DNA of 64,000 nucleotides from Methylacidiphilum caldifontis. Lineage in GTDB: Bacteria > Verrucomicrobiota > Verrucomicrobiia > Methylacidiphilales > CAMAQI01. The position numbers and the translations under genes were made by a program. This document shows, piece after piece, positions 25,933 through 37,302 of the stretch. Each line of letters opens with the position of its first letter. The stretch's first letter is position 1. The stretch is taken from contig CAMCSM010000002.1 of the NCBI GenBank assembly GCA_945877805.1, positions 2,650-66,649 on the forward strand, read 5' to 3'. The notes beneath the pieces were generated by a model, which was given only the letters and a program-made list of their open reading frames with translations, was not told where the DNA came from and did no database searches.

Positions 25933-27141
25933 TCAAAGATCCATGACGGCAATGCCCGGATTCTCAATAAACTCTTTAATCCGTACCAAGAATGTGACTG
26001 CCCCTTTACCATCAACGACGCGATGATCATAAGAGAGGGCGAGGTACATCATCGGCCGGATTTCGACGCGACCGTTAATGGCGACGGGACGTTCCTGAAT
26101 CGAGTGCATCCCTAAGATTCCACTTTGCGGAGGATTGATGATCGGAGTGGAGAGTAAGGAGCCAAAGGTTCCGCCGTTCGTAATCGTGAAGGAGCCCCCT
26201 TCCATATCCGGAAGGGTGATCTTTCCATTGCGGGCTTTGAGCGCATAGTCGCCGATCGCTTTTTCAATTCCAGCAAAGGTGAGTTGATCGGTATTCCGAA
26301 TGATCGGAACCATCAATCCTTTTTCCGTCGAGACGGCAACGCCGATATCGTAGTAATGATTTTCGACAAGCTCATCATTTTCAATTCGTGAATTTAAAGC
26401 CGGAATCTCCTTGAGAGAGGCGGTGACCGCTTTGACAAAAAAGGACATAAATCCGAGTTTCACCCCGTGTTTGGCGGTGAATCGATCTTGAATTTTAGAG
26501 CGGAGGGCCATCACTGAGGACATATCGACTTCGTTAAAAGTCGTGAGAATCGCATTCTCCTGTTGTGCGGAGAGAAGTCGTTGAGCGATTTTACGACGGA
26601 TCGGAGAGAGTGGTTTGCGGCTTTGTCGGGGACCTCCGTTCGTTGTTGCGATCGGTGTAGCAGCGGAGACGGAGGCGGGTGGAGTTGGAGCGGGGCTATG
26701 GCCGAGGACATCCCCCTTCGTGATTCGTCCCCCTTTGCCTGTTCCTGAAATTTCAGCTGGATTGACTCCCTTGTCCTCGACATGAAAACGGGCGGCAGGG
26801 GTGAGTGGAGCGCTCTCTGAAGAGGATTTCTTCAGCTGGGGAGAAGCTGGGGAGGCCACCGCAACGGAAGCGGCTTGAACGACAGCGGCTCCTGCAGGGG
26901 CGGGAACGCTGGTGTCGATTTGTGCGACGACTTGGCCAATTTCGATCGTGGCTCCTTGAGCGACGAGTTGTTTGAGTTGCCCCGATTTTTCGGCAAAAAC
27001 TTCTGAGGTCACTTTGTCGGTTTCGACTTCAAAAAGGATCTCCCCTTCTTTGACATACTCTCCCTCTTTCTTGTGCCATGCGCCGAGAACGCCTGAGGTG
27101 ATCGATTCGCCGACGGGAGGGACTTTAACTTCGAGTGACAT
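25933..27141 (-). CDS. sucB: 2-oxoglutarate dehydrogenase E2, dihydrolipoyllysine-residue succinyltransferase
   Basis: Lipoyl domain ([11 protein letters not shown]), an Ala/Pro linker, a PSBD-like segment and the catalytic core ending [20 protein letters not shown] chose the start at MSLEVKVP, which has AAGGA upstream. Confidence 0.9.
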   Translation of the reverse strand: MSLEVKVPPVGESITSGVLGAWHKKEGEYVKEGEILFEVETDKVTSEVFAEKSGQLKQLVAQGATIEIGQVVAQIDTSVPAPAGAAVVQAASVAVASPASPQLKKSSSESAPLTPAARFHVEDKGVNPAEISGTGKGGRITKGDVLGHSPAPTPPASVSAATPIATTNGGPRQSRKPLSPIRRKIAQRLLSAQQENAILTTFNEVDMSSVMALRSKIQDRFTAKHGVKLGFMSFFVKAVTASLKEIPALNSRIENDELVENHYYDIGVAVSTEKGLMVPIIRNTDQLTFAGIEKAIGDYALKARNGKITLPDMEGGSFTITNGGTFGSLLSTPIINPPQSGILGMHSIQERPVAINGRVEIRPMMYLALSYDHRVVDGKGAVTFLVRIKEFIENPGIAVMDL

Positions 27142-27190
27142 ATCATTTCCTTTTTTCGAGATTACCAATTGAATAGTAAATGCGGTTTAT

Positions 27191-30013
27191 TTATTTTGAA
27201 AAAGCTTTTTGAACGAGTTCTGCTTGTTCGAGCTCATGGATGCTATGATATCCCGTCGCAGGACTCGCCGATTCATCGCGGCCGACATAGAGGACCTCTT
27301 TTTTGAAGAGGGCACGCAAGCGGGGCTCCATAAAGAACCAGGCCCCCATATTGACTGGCTCCTCTTGGCACCAGAGGAACTCTGTCGCCTTCGGGTGCTT
27401 TGCGGCGATCGCTTGAATTTTTTCCGTGTGGAGCGGATACATCTGTTCGACTCGAATCAGGGCGGTATCGGTGATCGCGTTGGCTTTTTGATAGTCTTGA
27501 AGATCGAAAAATACCTTGCCGGTACAAAATACAAGACGTTTGGCATTTTGAGTCACGATTGGATCAGGCAGAATTTCCTCAAACTTTCCTGTGGAGAGAT
27601 CCTCAATCGTGGAGACGCATCGTTTATCGCGCAGGAGTCCTTTCGGAGTCATGATGATTAACGGTTTTTTAATTTTACGAATCGCTTGTCGTCGCAGCGC
27701 ATGGAAATATTGCGCCGGGGTGGAGCAATTTGTGACAAAAATATTGTCCTCAGCACAGGCTTGCAGAAACCGTTCAAAGCGGGCGCTCGAATGTTCCGGT
27801 CCTTGTCCATGATAGCCGTGAGGAAGAAGGAGAACGATGTTGGATCTCGTTCCCCATTTCGTTTCTGCGCTGGTAAGATATTGATCGATGATGATTTGAG
27901 CCCCGTTGATGAAATCTCCGAACTGAGCCTCCCACATGATCAGGATTTCGGGGTAATCGATCGAATACCCGTAATCGAAACCAAGAACGGCATATTCTGA
28001 AAGAGGACTGTTATAAACACAGTAGCGCTCCTGTTTTGGCTGAATATTCATCAGCGGTGTGTAGGAGTTACGGTTCGTCGTATCGTAAATCACGGAGTGA
28101 CGCTGACTGAAAGTTCCTCGACGGCAATCTTGTCCTGAGAGGCGAATCGGAATTTGTTGAACGAGAAGAGAGCCGAAAGAAAGAGCCTCTGCCATCGACC
28201 AATCGATCGGGAGTTTTCCTTCCGTCATTTGTTTGCGCTGATCGAGCCATTTGATCAACTTGGGGTTGACGCTAAAGTTTTGGGGAGGAGTGGAGATTGC
28301 GAATCCAATTTTTTGAATCGTCTCGACAGCAACGGCGGTATCGACCGGTTTGAGGAGGTCGGGGCATTTCAGGGGAGGACGAATCGCGACTTTGAAATCT
28401 TTATGGTCGGCTTTCGTTTGATTTAAAGCGACCGTGAGCCGTTCTTCAAAACTCTTTTTGTAGTTTTGAACTTTTTCTTCAGAGGATTGATTTTTTTGGA
28501 TCATCTCGCGAAGGAAAATTTCGCTCACCAAAGGATGTTTATCGACGCTTTGATAAAGAGTCGGTTGGGTGAAGTTCGGTTCATCCCCTTCATTATGCCC
28601 GTGACGACGGTAGCAATAGATATCGATAATAATATCTTTCTTAAAAGTTTGACGGAACTCGAGGGCAATTTCAATCGCTCGAACCGCAGAGACGGGATCG
28701 TCGCCATTGACGTGGAAGATAGGAAGTCCGAACGACTTTCCAAAAGCGGTGCAATAAACGGCGGAGCGGGAATCCTCTGGAATCGTTGTAAATCCGATTT
28801 GATTATTGACGATCAGATGGATCGTTCCCCCTGTGCGATAGCCTTCCAGTTGAGACATATTGAAGGTCTCGGCAACGACCCCTTGACCGATGAAGGCGGC
28901 ATCGCCATGGATTAAAATCGGAAGCACTCGGCTTCGTTGTTCCGTATCTCCGAGGAGACGTTGCCAGGCACGAGCTTTTCCTTCGACGACCGGATTGACC
29001 GTTTCAAGATGACTTGGATTCGGGGCGAGAGTGACGCCGACTTGCGTTCCTGAGGAGGTCACGACCGAGGAGTCGTAGCCGAGGTGATATTTCACATCGC
29101 CATCGCCGACATTGGCGGGAATTGAAAAACCGGCGAACTCCGCAAAGACGAGTTTGAAATCTTTTCCGAGAATATTCGCCATGACGTTAATCCGTCCGCG
29201 ATGAGCCATTCCCATGACGAGCTGTGATATTCCAAATTTTTGACAATTCTCCAGAATCGCATCAAGCATCGGAATGAGGGTCTCTCCCCCCTCTAAGGAA
29301 AAGCGTTTAAGTCCGACAAATCGAGTGTGGAGAAATCGTTCGAGTTGTTCGGCATCGATCAGACGATTGAGGATTCGCTCTTTTTTAGCAACTGGAAGGT
29401 CGGTTTGAGGAGCCTCGATTCGATCTCGAACCCAACGACGGACTTCGAAATCTTGGATGTGCATGTACTCCGTTGCGAGATTTCCGCAGTAAGATTCCTT
29501 TAAAATACGAAGAATCTCTCGAAGAGTCCGAGGGCCGCCTCCTGCCAAGGTCATGCTATCGAAAGTGGTCTCAAAATCGGATTCCGTCAGTTTAAAATTA
29601 TGAAGATCTAAATCAGGAAGCGTTGATTTATTAAATCCGAGCGGATCGAGATTTGAGATGTGGTGACCGAGCGTTCGATAGGCGAAAAGAAGATCGTGAA
29701 TTTTTCCCTGTTTATAAAGAAAGTCGGCAGAGGTTCCAGGGAGAGAGGAGGTGGGGGAACTGTTTTTTGTTGAGGAGGAATGGACGGGGATTGGGGCGTT
29801 TTGACAACCGAGGCTGAACCCTTCAAAGAAAGAGCGCCAGGTGATATCGATCGATTCCGGGTTTGTCCTCCACTGCTCGTAGAGTTCCTCGATCAAGAGG
29901 GCATTGTCACCGCTTCCCAGTGTTCCCAAAGGGGTGGAGATTGATTTTTCAGAGGCTTTCGCACTGAGTCGTTTCGCTTCTGTGGAGGAGATATTTTGGG
30001 GCAGGATACTCAT
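27191..30013 (-). CDS. sucA: 2-oxoglutarate dehydrogenase E1 component
   Basis: 940 aa with the motifs RGHNEGDEP (here HGHNEGDEPNFTQP), WEAQFGDFINGAQ and LLPHGYHGQGPEHSSAR. Confidence 0.92.
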   Translation of the reverse strand: MSILPQNISSTEAKRLSAKASEKSISTPLGTLGSGDNALLIEELYEQWRTNPESIDITWRSFFEGFSLGCQNAPIPVHSSSTKNSSPTSSLPGTSADFLYKQGKIHDLLFAYRTLGHHISNLDPLGFNKSTLPDLDLHNFKLTESDFETTFDSMTLAGGGPRTLREILRILKESYCGNLATEYMHIQDFEVRRWVRDRIEAPQTDLPVAKKERILNRLIDAEQLERFLHTRFVGLKRFSLEGGETLIPMLDAILENCQKFGISQLVMGMAHRGRINVMANILGKDFKLVFAEFAGFSIPANVGDGDVKYHLGYDSSVVTSSGTQVGVTLAPNPSHLETVNPVVEGKARAWQRLLGDTEQRSRVLPILIHGDAAFIGQGVVAETFNMSQLEGYRTGGTIHLIVNNQIGFTTIPEDSRSAVYCTAFGKSFGLPIFHVNGDDPVSAVRAIEIALEFRQTFKKDIIIDIYCYRRHGHNEGDEPNFTQPTLYQSVDKHPLVSEIFLREMIQKNQSSEEKVQNYKKSFEERLTVALNQTKADHKDFKVAIRPPLKCPDLLKPVDTAVAVETIQKIGFAISTPPQNFSVNPKLIKWLDQRKQMTEGKLPIDWSMAEALSFGSLLVQQIPIRLSGQDCRRGTFSQRHSVIYDTTNRNSYTPLMNIQPKQERYCVYNSPLSEYAVLGFDYGYSIDYPEILIMWEAQFGDFINGAQIIIDQYLTSAETKWGTRSNIVLLLPHGYHGQGPEHSSARFERFLQACAEDNIFVTNCSTPAQYFHALRRQAIRKIKKPLIIMTPKGLLRDKRCVSTIEDLSTGKFEEILPDPIVTQNAKRLVFCTGKVFFDLQDYQKANAITDTALIRVEQMYPLHTEKIQAIAAKHPKATEFLWCQEEPVNMGAWFFMEPRLRALFKKEVLYVGRDESASPATGYHSIHELEQAELVQKAFSK

Positions 30014-30167
30014 AAATTAGACTAATAGTATCCGATTTTAAGAGGAGAATGTCAAACAGGAGGAGAATATTTCCTAGGATCGATCGGTTGAATTAGGATA
30101 ACTTATTAAGATTTATTTGATCAAAAAGCATCATATTCTGTAAGTTACTGTTAGTGTGTTTGTTATG

Positions 30168-30207
30168 TATAATATAATAAATTCATTGAATTCATTATTA
30201 TATTATA
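30168..30207. promoter_or_regulatory. AT-rich inverted repeat in the sucA upstream region
   Basis: TATAATATAATAA (30168-30180) and TTATTATATTATA (30195-30207) flank attcattgaattca. TATAAT hexamers occur on both strands. The repeat lies about 155-195 nt upstream of the sucA start. Confidence 0.3.
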
Positions 30208-30282
30208 AATTTTCATCTTGATAAAAGAGATTGCTGATAGGATGAAAGAAAATCATCAAAAAGGAAAGGGATAAAAGTTCAT

Positions 30283-30609
30283 TTATGCGGCTTTGCGAAT
30301 TGTTTTTGGATGAGGAGAGTCCCCCTCTGGCTCTAGAATCACACGAACACGGGCATGAAGTGCTTTGGCGGCTCGTCGAAGCATACTCAAAGAGTGACCC
30401 TCGTAGGCCGGGGATTCTAAGCGACTGATTTGCTGTTGGGTCGTTTTGAGTCGGCGTGCTAATTCCTTTTGAGAGATTCCCGCCTGTTCCCGGAGCTTGG
30501 AGAGTTGAATAGAGACTTCCCATGCCTCTCCGGCCTCCTTGAAACGGAGAGCAAAGGAGGGGTCTTTCATCTGTTTCTCTAGGTAATCATCAAAATTTGT
30601 TTTTTTCAT
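30283..30609 (-). CDS. XRE-family HTH antitoxin (HigA-like)
   Basis: The start at MKKTNFDDYL is preceded by GGGAGAAA. The HTH is LSKLREQAGISQKELARRLKTTQQQISRLE. Confidence 0.7.
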   Translation of the reverse strand: MKKTNFDDYLEKQMKDPSFALRFKEAGEAWEVSIQLSKLREQAGISQKELARRLKTTQQQISRLESPAYEGHSLSMLRRAAKALHARVRVILEPEGDSPHPKTIRKAA

Positions 30610-30660
30610 AGTTCGTTTCTCCCTTGTCTCATAAAACTCTACGGTAAAATTCATAAACAT
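30610..30660 (-). pseudogene. stub of a Gp49/HigB-like toxin fused in-frame upstream of the antitoxin
   Basis: The in-frame upstream codons MFMNFTVEFYETREKRT resemble the conserved N-terminus (..W.VEFYE..) of Gp49-like RelE/HigB toxins. Only about 17 codons remain. Confidence 0.3.
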
Positions 30661-30697
30661 TCAACATCAAATTTGATGTAATTATAAATCATTGAGT

Positions 30698-30880
30698 TCA
30701 TTTTCTCTCCTTGGGAGAGGAGTTGCGTGTCGTCAAGCTCTGCTCTTTTGAATGCTTCCAAACAATTGAATCCGGGGATGCATCAAATCCAAGGAGACGG
30801 ACGTGGGAGGATTCAGGAAAAGATCATGCCAGAATGGAGGTCAGCTTATGGCTTAAGTTGTGATCAAAAAGCAACTTCAT
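30698..30880 (-). pseudogene. DUF5615 (PIN-like) toxin remnant with in-frame TGA
   Basis: My own translation is MKLLFDHNLSHKLTSILA*SFPESSHVRLLGFDASPDSIVWKHSKEQSLTTRNSSPKERK*. It matches the DUF5615 pattern MKLLFDENLS...FP.S.HV..LG....D..IW up to about codon 50 and then diverges. ATGA overlap with the DUF433 stop. Confidence 0.5.
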
Positions 30881-31126
30881 GCTGAGACGGGATGAGAGCG
30901 AGTCTCACGTTCAGCGGCAAAGGAGAGAGCGGCTCGAATATCTTCTTCCGTCAAATCAGGATAATCTTCAAGAATTTCTGAAACATTCATTCCGACGGCC
31001 AACCAACCTAAAATATCGCCGACCGTAATCCGCATTCCACGGATGCAGGGGCGTCCCCCCCCGTTTTCTAGGCTCAATCGTGATGATTTTTTCAGCAGCT
31101 TCGGAAATCGAACCCAAGTTCGCCAT
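30877..31126 (-). pseudogene. DUF433 antitoxin-like gene split by a frameshift in a C8/G8 homopolymer
   Basis: Frame A gives MANLGSISEAAEKIITIEPRKRGG. Frame B gives GGRPCIRGMRITVGDILGWLAVGMNVSEILEDYPDLTEEDIRAALSFAA (DUF433 core). The two frames join at the C-run at 31055-31062. Confidence 0.6.
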
Positions 31127-31144
31127 AGCCTTGGCGAAGGCGAA

Positions 31145-31165
31145 TGCGGGTAGAGGGAATCGAAC
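31145..31165 (-). repeat. 21-bp duplicate of the tRNA-Gly 3' end (att-like)
   Basis: tgcgggtagagggaatcgaac at 31145-31165 is identical to 31300-31320 (T-loop through discriminator of the tRNA on the minus strand). Confidence 0.6.
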
Positions 31166-31299
31166 TACAAAATGAGTCGAGGACTTCTCATTTTGGTTGC
31201 GCCCCCGTGGACCCCTGCGCCAAACAAATAGGTCTCCGACAGGGAGAATTTTCATTTCATGAAGGGTATTCGCTTAACGCTCGGGTTCGATGGGGAAAT

Positions 31300-31370
31300 T
31301 GCGGGTAGAGGGAATCGAACCCTCGCTAGAGGCTTGGGAAGCCCCCGTTCTACCACTGAACTACACCCGC
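31300..31370 (-). tRNA. tRNA-Gly (anticodon CCC)
   Basis: The reverse complement folds manually as GCGGGTG TA GTTC AGTGGTA GAAC G GGGGC TTCCCAA GCCTC TAGC GAGGG TTCGATT CCCTC TACCCGC A. This is a cloverleaf with a 7-bp acceptor stem, a GTTCGATT T-loop and anticodon CCC. CCA is not encoded. Confidence 0.85.
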
Positions 31371-31434
31371 TAAAATCCGCTGACGTAACCAACTTTCGAA
31401 TCGACGGGCAACGTGGAAGTTGCCCCTCCCAGTT

Positions 31435-31464
31435 AAAAATCAATAAGACTAGAAATCAAGTCTT
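31435..31464 (-). terminator. candidate terminator downstream of acs
   Basis: AAGACT (31445-31450) pairs with AGTCTT (31459-31464). On the minus strand the stem is followed by ATTGATTTTT. Confidence 0.4.
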
Positions 31465-31516
31465 AATCTCTTTTTTCGACGAATGTCGAAATTCCTAATT
31501 TCGGAGTCCCCCGAAA

Positions 31517-33466
<1,950 letters not shown>

Positions 33467-33563
33467 AAAGGTGTTTTTGTTCTTTTGCAGATTAATGGAG
33501 ATAAATTATCGCTGTATTTTGTCGACTGTATTTTAAAAGTATAAGTATTTATGCTTAATGCTA

Positions 33564-35342
33564 TTAGATAGTTTCTCGCAATAAGGTGGAGACCTGAGCT
33601 TCGCAAAGACGCGCATAAAGCCCTTTTTGAGAGAGAAGGGAGGCATGTGATCCCTCCTCTTTAATCTCTCCCGATTGAAGGACAAGGATCCGATCTGCGC
33701 TTTGGACGGTGGAAAGGCGATGGGCGATAATGAGGGCGGTTCGATTATGTAAAAGGAGTTGGAGGGCATTTTGGATCAGCTTTTCGGTCTCCGTATCGAC
33801 GCTGGCAGTGGCCTCATCTAAAATGAGGATCGGTGGATTTTTAAGAATTGCGCGGGCGATCGAGAGACGTTGTCGCTCTCCCCCACTGAGTTTCACCCCA
33901 CGTTCACCGACGATCGTTTCATATTTTTGAGGGAGTTTCATCACAAACTCATGGGCATGGGCTTGTCGAGCGGCTGATTCAATTTGCTCTTGAGTCGCTT
34001 GAGGCATCCCGAATTTAAGATTTTCGAGGATCGAGGTATTAAAAAGAAAGTTCTCCTGACTCACGATTCCAATTTGTTCACGAAGGAAGGAGAGGGGTAT
34101 TTGAGCAAGAGCGATTCCATCTAATTTAATCAATCCAGATGTCGGCTCGTAAAATCGGGGAATGAGATTCACAAGCGTTGATTTCCCTGCTCCCGTAGGG
34201 CCGACGATCGCGACGGTTTCGCCGGCTTGAATCTCTAAATTAATCTGATGAAGAACCGGAAGACTATCGCGATATTCAAAGGAGACGTTCTGAAAACTAA
34301 TTCTCCCAGTGATTGCGGAGGGGAGGGGAACGGTCGCGGTCGGCGCATCGTTTTCAGGGGTCGCATCTAAAATTTCAAAGATTCGCTCTCCAGCAGCTCT
34401 TCCGGATTGATAGATTTGATTGAGTTGATGGAGTCGTCCGATCGGATCATAAAACATCTGAACATAAAGCAGAAAGGTAACGAGTTCCCCGGTGGTAAAT
34501 TGGGAGTCGCGAAGGGCATCTTGGCCTCCAAACCAAAGGACAGCAATGTAGCCTAAGGAGCCGATAAAGGCCATGGAGGGGGAGTAGGTTGCCCAATAGC
34601 GCATGACGATGAGAGTGGCGGTTCGGAGTCGCTCTGCAATTTTTGCAAAGTGAGCCGACTCCTCTTTTTCCCTGGAAAAAGATTTAATTTGTCGAATTCC
34701 TTGAAGATTATCGAGCAAGAGCGATTGCATGGCACTTGCGGCCTTACGTTGAATCCGGTAGCGCTCATGAGCGGTGAGGGTGTACCAAAGGGCCCCTGCA
34801 ATAAGAAAAGGGATTGGAATAAAGGCATAGAGCGTGAGCTGGGGATTGAGATAATAAAGATAACAGCCGACCCCCACAAGCTGGAGGAGAGCGACGGTTC
34901 CCTGTTCGATTCCATCGATGAGAACCCGCTCAAGACTTTGGACATCCTCGCCAACGCGAGTCATGAGATCGCCACTGGAGCGGTTATCAAACCATCGGAG
35001 CGGAAGTTTTTGAATCGTGTCGTAAAGATCCTGGCGGATTTTAAGAATCACTTTTTGTTCAAAAGTGTTGTTGAGGATGATCCGTAAGCCGTTGAGCAGA
35101 TCACGAAGAAAAAAGGAGCCGAGGACCATGAAGACAAAGGGCAGGAGGAGCGCCGGTTTTTGAGGGACAATGACCTGATCAATGATTTTACCGGCTACCG
35201 AGGGATAGACGAAGCCAAAGAGCGTTGTTCCAATCGCACAGAGAAAAGTTCCCCAAGCTAAAGAGGGATATTGGCTGGCATACTTCCAGACCCGTCCCAT
35301 GGGGAATTTTTTCTTCGTTTTTTCGTAAGAGCCAGTGCGCAT
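33564..35342 (-). CDS. ABC exporter, fused permease/ATPase (MsbA/multidrug type)
   Basis: Six-TM N-terminal domain, Walker A GPTGAGKST, signature LSGGERQR and Walker B ILILDEATS. Confidence 0.85.
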   Translation of the reverse strand: MRTGSYEKTKKKFPMGRVWKYASQYPSLAWGTFLCAIGTTLFGFVYPSVAGKIIDQVIVPQKPALLLPFVFMVLGSFFLRDLLNGLRIILNNTFEQKVILKIRQDLYDTIQKLPLRWFDNRSSGDLMTRVGEDVQSLERVLIDGIEQGTVALLQLVGVGCYLYYLNPQLTLYAFIPIPFLIAGALWYTLTAHERYRIQRKAASAMQSLLLDNLQGIRQIKSFSREKEESAHFAKIAERLRTATLIVMRYWATYSPSMAFIGSLGYIAVLWFGGQDALRDSQFTTGELVTFLLYVQMFYDPIGRLHQLNQIYQSGRAAGERIFEILDATPENDAPTATVPLPSAITGRISFQNVSFEYRDSLPVLHQINLEIQAGETVAIVGPTGAGKSTLVNLIPRFYEPTSGLIKLDGIALAQIPLSFLREQIGIVSQENFLFNTSILENLKFGMPQATQEQIESAARQAHAHEFVMKLPQKYETIVGERGVKLSGGERQRLSIARAILKNPPILILDEATASVDTETEKLIQNALQLLLHNRTALIIAHRLSTVQSADRILVLQSGEIKEEGSHASLLSQKGLYARLCEAQVSTLLRETI

Positions 35343-35358
35343 TAATTTCTTTCTTGAA

Positions 35359-35802
35359 TTACAATCGATTCAAAATTTGATCGAGGATCTTTTCTTGGAT
35401 TTTTTGCATCTGTTTGAACTCTCGGGGTGTGTGATCCTCATAGCCCTTGAGATGAACGAGGGCATGAATTCCGTAGAGCAACACCTCTTCGTAGAGTTTG
35501 CGCTGATACTCTTTGCGCTGTGTTTCGGCAACGGCGGGGCAGATGAAGATCTCTCCGTAGGGAAAGGTGATCACATCGGTCGGGGACTCCTCTTGAAGAA
35601 AATCGAGATGAATGCGTTGAATCGTCTTGGCGGTGACCAGATGAAACTCAATCTGAGGAGGAAGTGCGACTTGAGGACGAGGCAGAAGAGCGACGGCTCG
35701 CATCCAATCACGCTGCAGCCGCTGAATCGGAAGCGGATGTCTTTTTTGATGATTGTGCACTTGGATGAGATCGGTCTTCTTTGGGGTAGGCAATACGGAC
35801 AT
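35359..35802 (-). CDS. ybeY: rRNA maturation endoribonuclease YbeY
   Basis: SPTDVITFPYG and the zinc motif HALVHLKGYEDH. It sits in the conserved phoH-HD-ybeY gene order. Confidence 0.8.
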   Translation of the reverse strand: MSVLPTPKKTDLIQVHNHQKRHPLPIQRLQRDWMRAVALLPRPQVALPPQIEFHLVTAKTIQRIHLDFLQEESPTDVITFPYGEIFICPAVAETQRKEYQRKLYEEVLLYGIHALVHLKGYEDHTPREFKQMQKIQEKILDQILNRL

Positions 35803-37291
35803 GGAGCATGCTCTTAAGGGTTAAGGTGAAGCTTTCTTTGAGGAGATTAATCTCTTGAAGGCTGATCGGACATTCATCGAGTTGATGGGTCAACATTTTA
35901 TGCTCAACGATATCTTTGACGAGACTCTCTACTCGTTGCGGGGTCGGTTTTTCTAGCGAGCGAGAGGCACTTTCGATCGCATCGGCGAGCATGAGAATCG
36001 CAACCTCTTTGGTTTGAGGACGAGGCCCTGGATAACGGAAAGAGCTTTCACAGACCGCGGGGATATCCTCTTCGTGCATGTGGAGGATTTTACTTCCGGC
36101 TTTAGCATCTCCTTCTTGTTGTTTGGCCCGTTTATAGAAGTAATAAACCAGAGAGTCTCCATGATGCTGTTGAATGGCATCGATGATCGGCTTCTTAAGA
36201 CGATTTTTATAAGCAAGGCTGATCCCTTCTTTGACGTGGGAGATAATAATCAAGGCGCTCATCGAAGGGGAAAGATCAGCGTGCGGATCTTCTCCTTGAG
36301 GAATATTTTCGATGAAGTATTCGGCCTTAGGAATTTTTCCGATATCATGAAAATAGGAGATGACGCGACATTGTGTGGCATTGGCTCCGATTGCGGTTGC
36401 CGCCGATTCGGCAAGGTTAGCGACCATCAGACTATGATGATAGGTTCCGGGGGCCTCTAAGGTGAGTTGACGGAGCAGAGGGTGATTGAGATCTGCGGTT
36501 TCGACCCAGGAGATTTCAGGGGTAATATTAAAAAGGGTTTCGAAAATCGGGAGAGTCGAATTCACAAACATCGCCGTCGCCAGTCCGATCACGATATTGA
36601 TCGACCCGTGTTGGATGAGGGCATTCATCGATCGATCGGAGAGGGCCCCAAAAATAATCGCACAAACCATACTACAGATCCCGATGGCGAACCCGGCATT
36701 GAGGAGGTGCGATCGTTTACGAACGTTTCGAGTGAAGAGAACAGCGGTGAGTCCGGCGATCAGACTCACGAGCATCAAGGGGAAACTTTTATTAAAAAGG
36801 AGGGCATCCAGGAGGCTTGGAATAATAACAGCGAAAAGCCCGACTCTTGTTCCCATCAGAATACTTAAAACTAAGGGGGCAAAAGTCATTGGAATCAAAT
36901 AGTAGCTGGTGGGATAGTAAATCGCCTCTTGATGTTGAGAAAAATAATGAATTCCGCGAGTGATGAGAATATTGACGGCGAGGGTCCCGTAAACGAGAAA
37001 GGTCTTTGAGTTCGAGCGCCACACTTCCGGAAGATCGAGAGAGAGAATCAGAATCGAGTATCCGAGAACAATACTCAAAAGAATATAAACCTCTCGTTGG
37101 AGGGGCTTAGTCGTAGTTAAGGCAAGAAGGGCAATGACTCCCGCGAATCCGACAAAGATCGACAGTCGGACCAGAGGATGCTCCTCCAAAATAGCAACCC
37201 AATCCGATCGCTGGGAGGAGTGTCGTGTTTTGTCACAAGCGAGTCCTTTTTTGACTAACTTTTTGCGATGTAACCAATTAAAGAGGGACAT
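35708..37291 (-). CDS. 7TM-receptor HD-domain (HDIG) phosphohydrolase, YqfF-like
   Basis: Multi-TM central region followed by HHSLMVANLAE...YFHDIGK...QQHHG. The C-terminal tail overlaps ybeY by 95 nt. Confidence 0.8.
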   Translation of the reverse strand: MSLFNWLHRKKLVKKGLACDKTRHSSQRSDWVAILEEHPLVRLSIFVGFAGVIALLALTTTKPLQREVYILLSIVLGYSILILSLDLPEVWRSNSKTFLVYGTLAVNILITRGIHYFSQHQEAIYYPTSYYLIPMTFAPLVLSILMGTRVGLFAVIIPSLLDALLFNKSFPLMLVSLIAGLTAVLFTRNVRKRSHLLNAGFAIGICSMVCAIIFGALSDRSMNALIQHGSINIVIGLATAMFVNSTLPIFETLFNITPEISWVETADLNHPLLRQLTLEAPGTYHHSLMVANLAESAATAIGANATQCRVISYFHDIGKIPKAEYFIENIPQGEDPHADLSPSMSALIIISHVKEGISLAYKNRLKKPIIDAIQQHHGDSLVYYFYKRAKQQEGDAKAGSKILHMHEEDIPAVCESSFRYPGPRPQTKEVAILMLADAIESASRSLEKPTPQRVESLVKDIVEHKMLTHQLDECPISLQEINLLKESFTLTLKSMLHVRIAYPKEDRSHPSAQSSKKTSASDSAAAA

Positions 37292-37302
37292 GGGGGAGGG
37301 GG

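Noticed and set aside
25864-26115. 83-aa plus-strand ORF after the SHOCT gene
   Set aside because: It runs antisense through the sucB 3' end and across the terminator hairpin, with no supporting features.
31166-31299. Possible second tRNA between the duplicated tRNA-Gly 3' ends
   Set aside because: Only the last 21 nt of the tRNA are duplicated. The upstream bases (TGTAG) cannot pair with CCCTC to form a T-stem, and I could not draw a cloverleaf.
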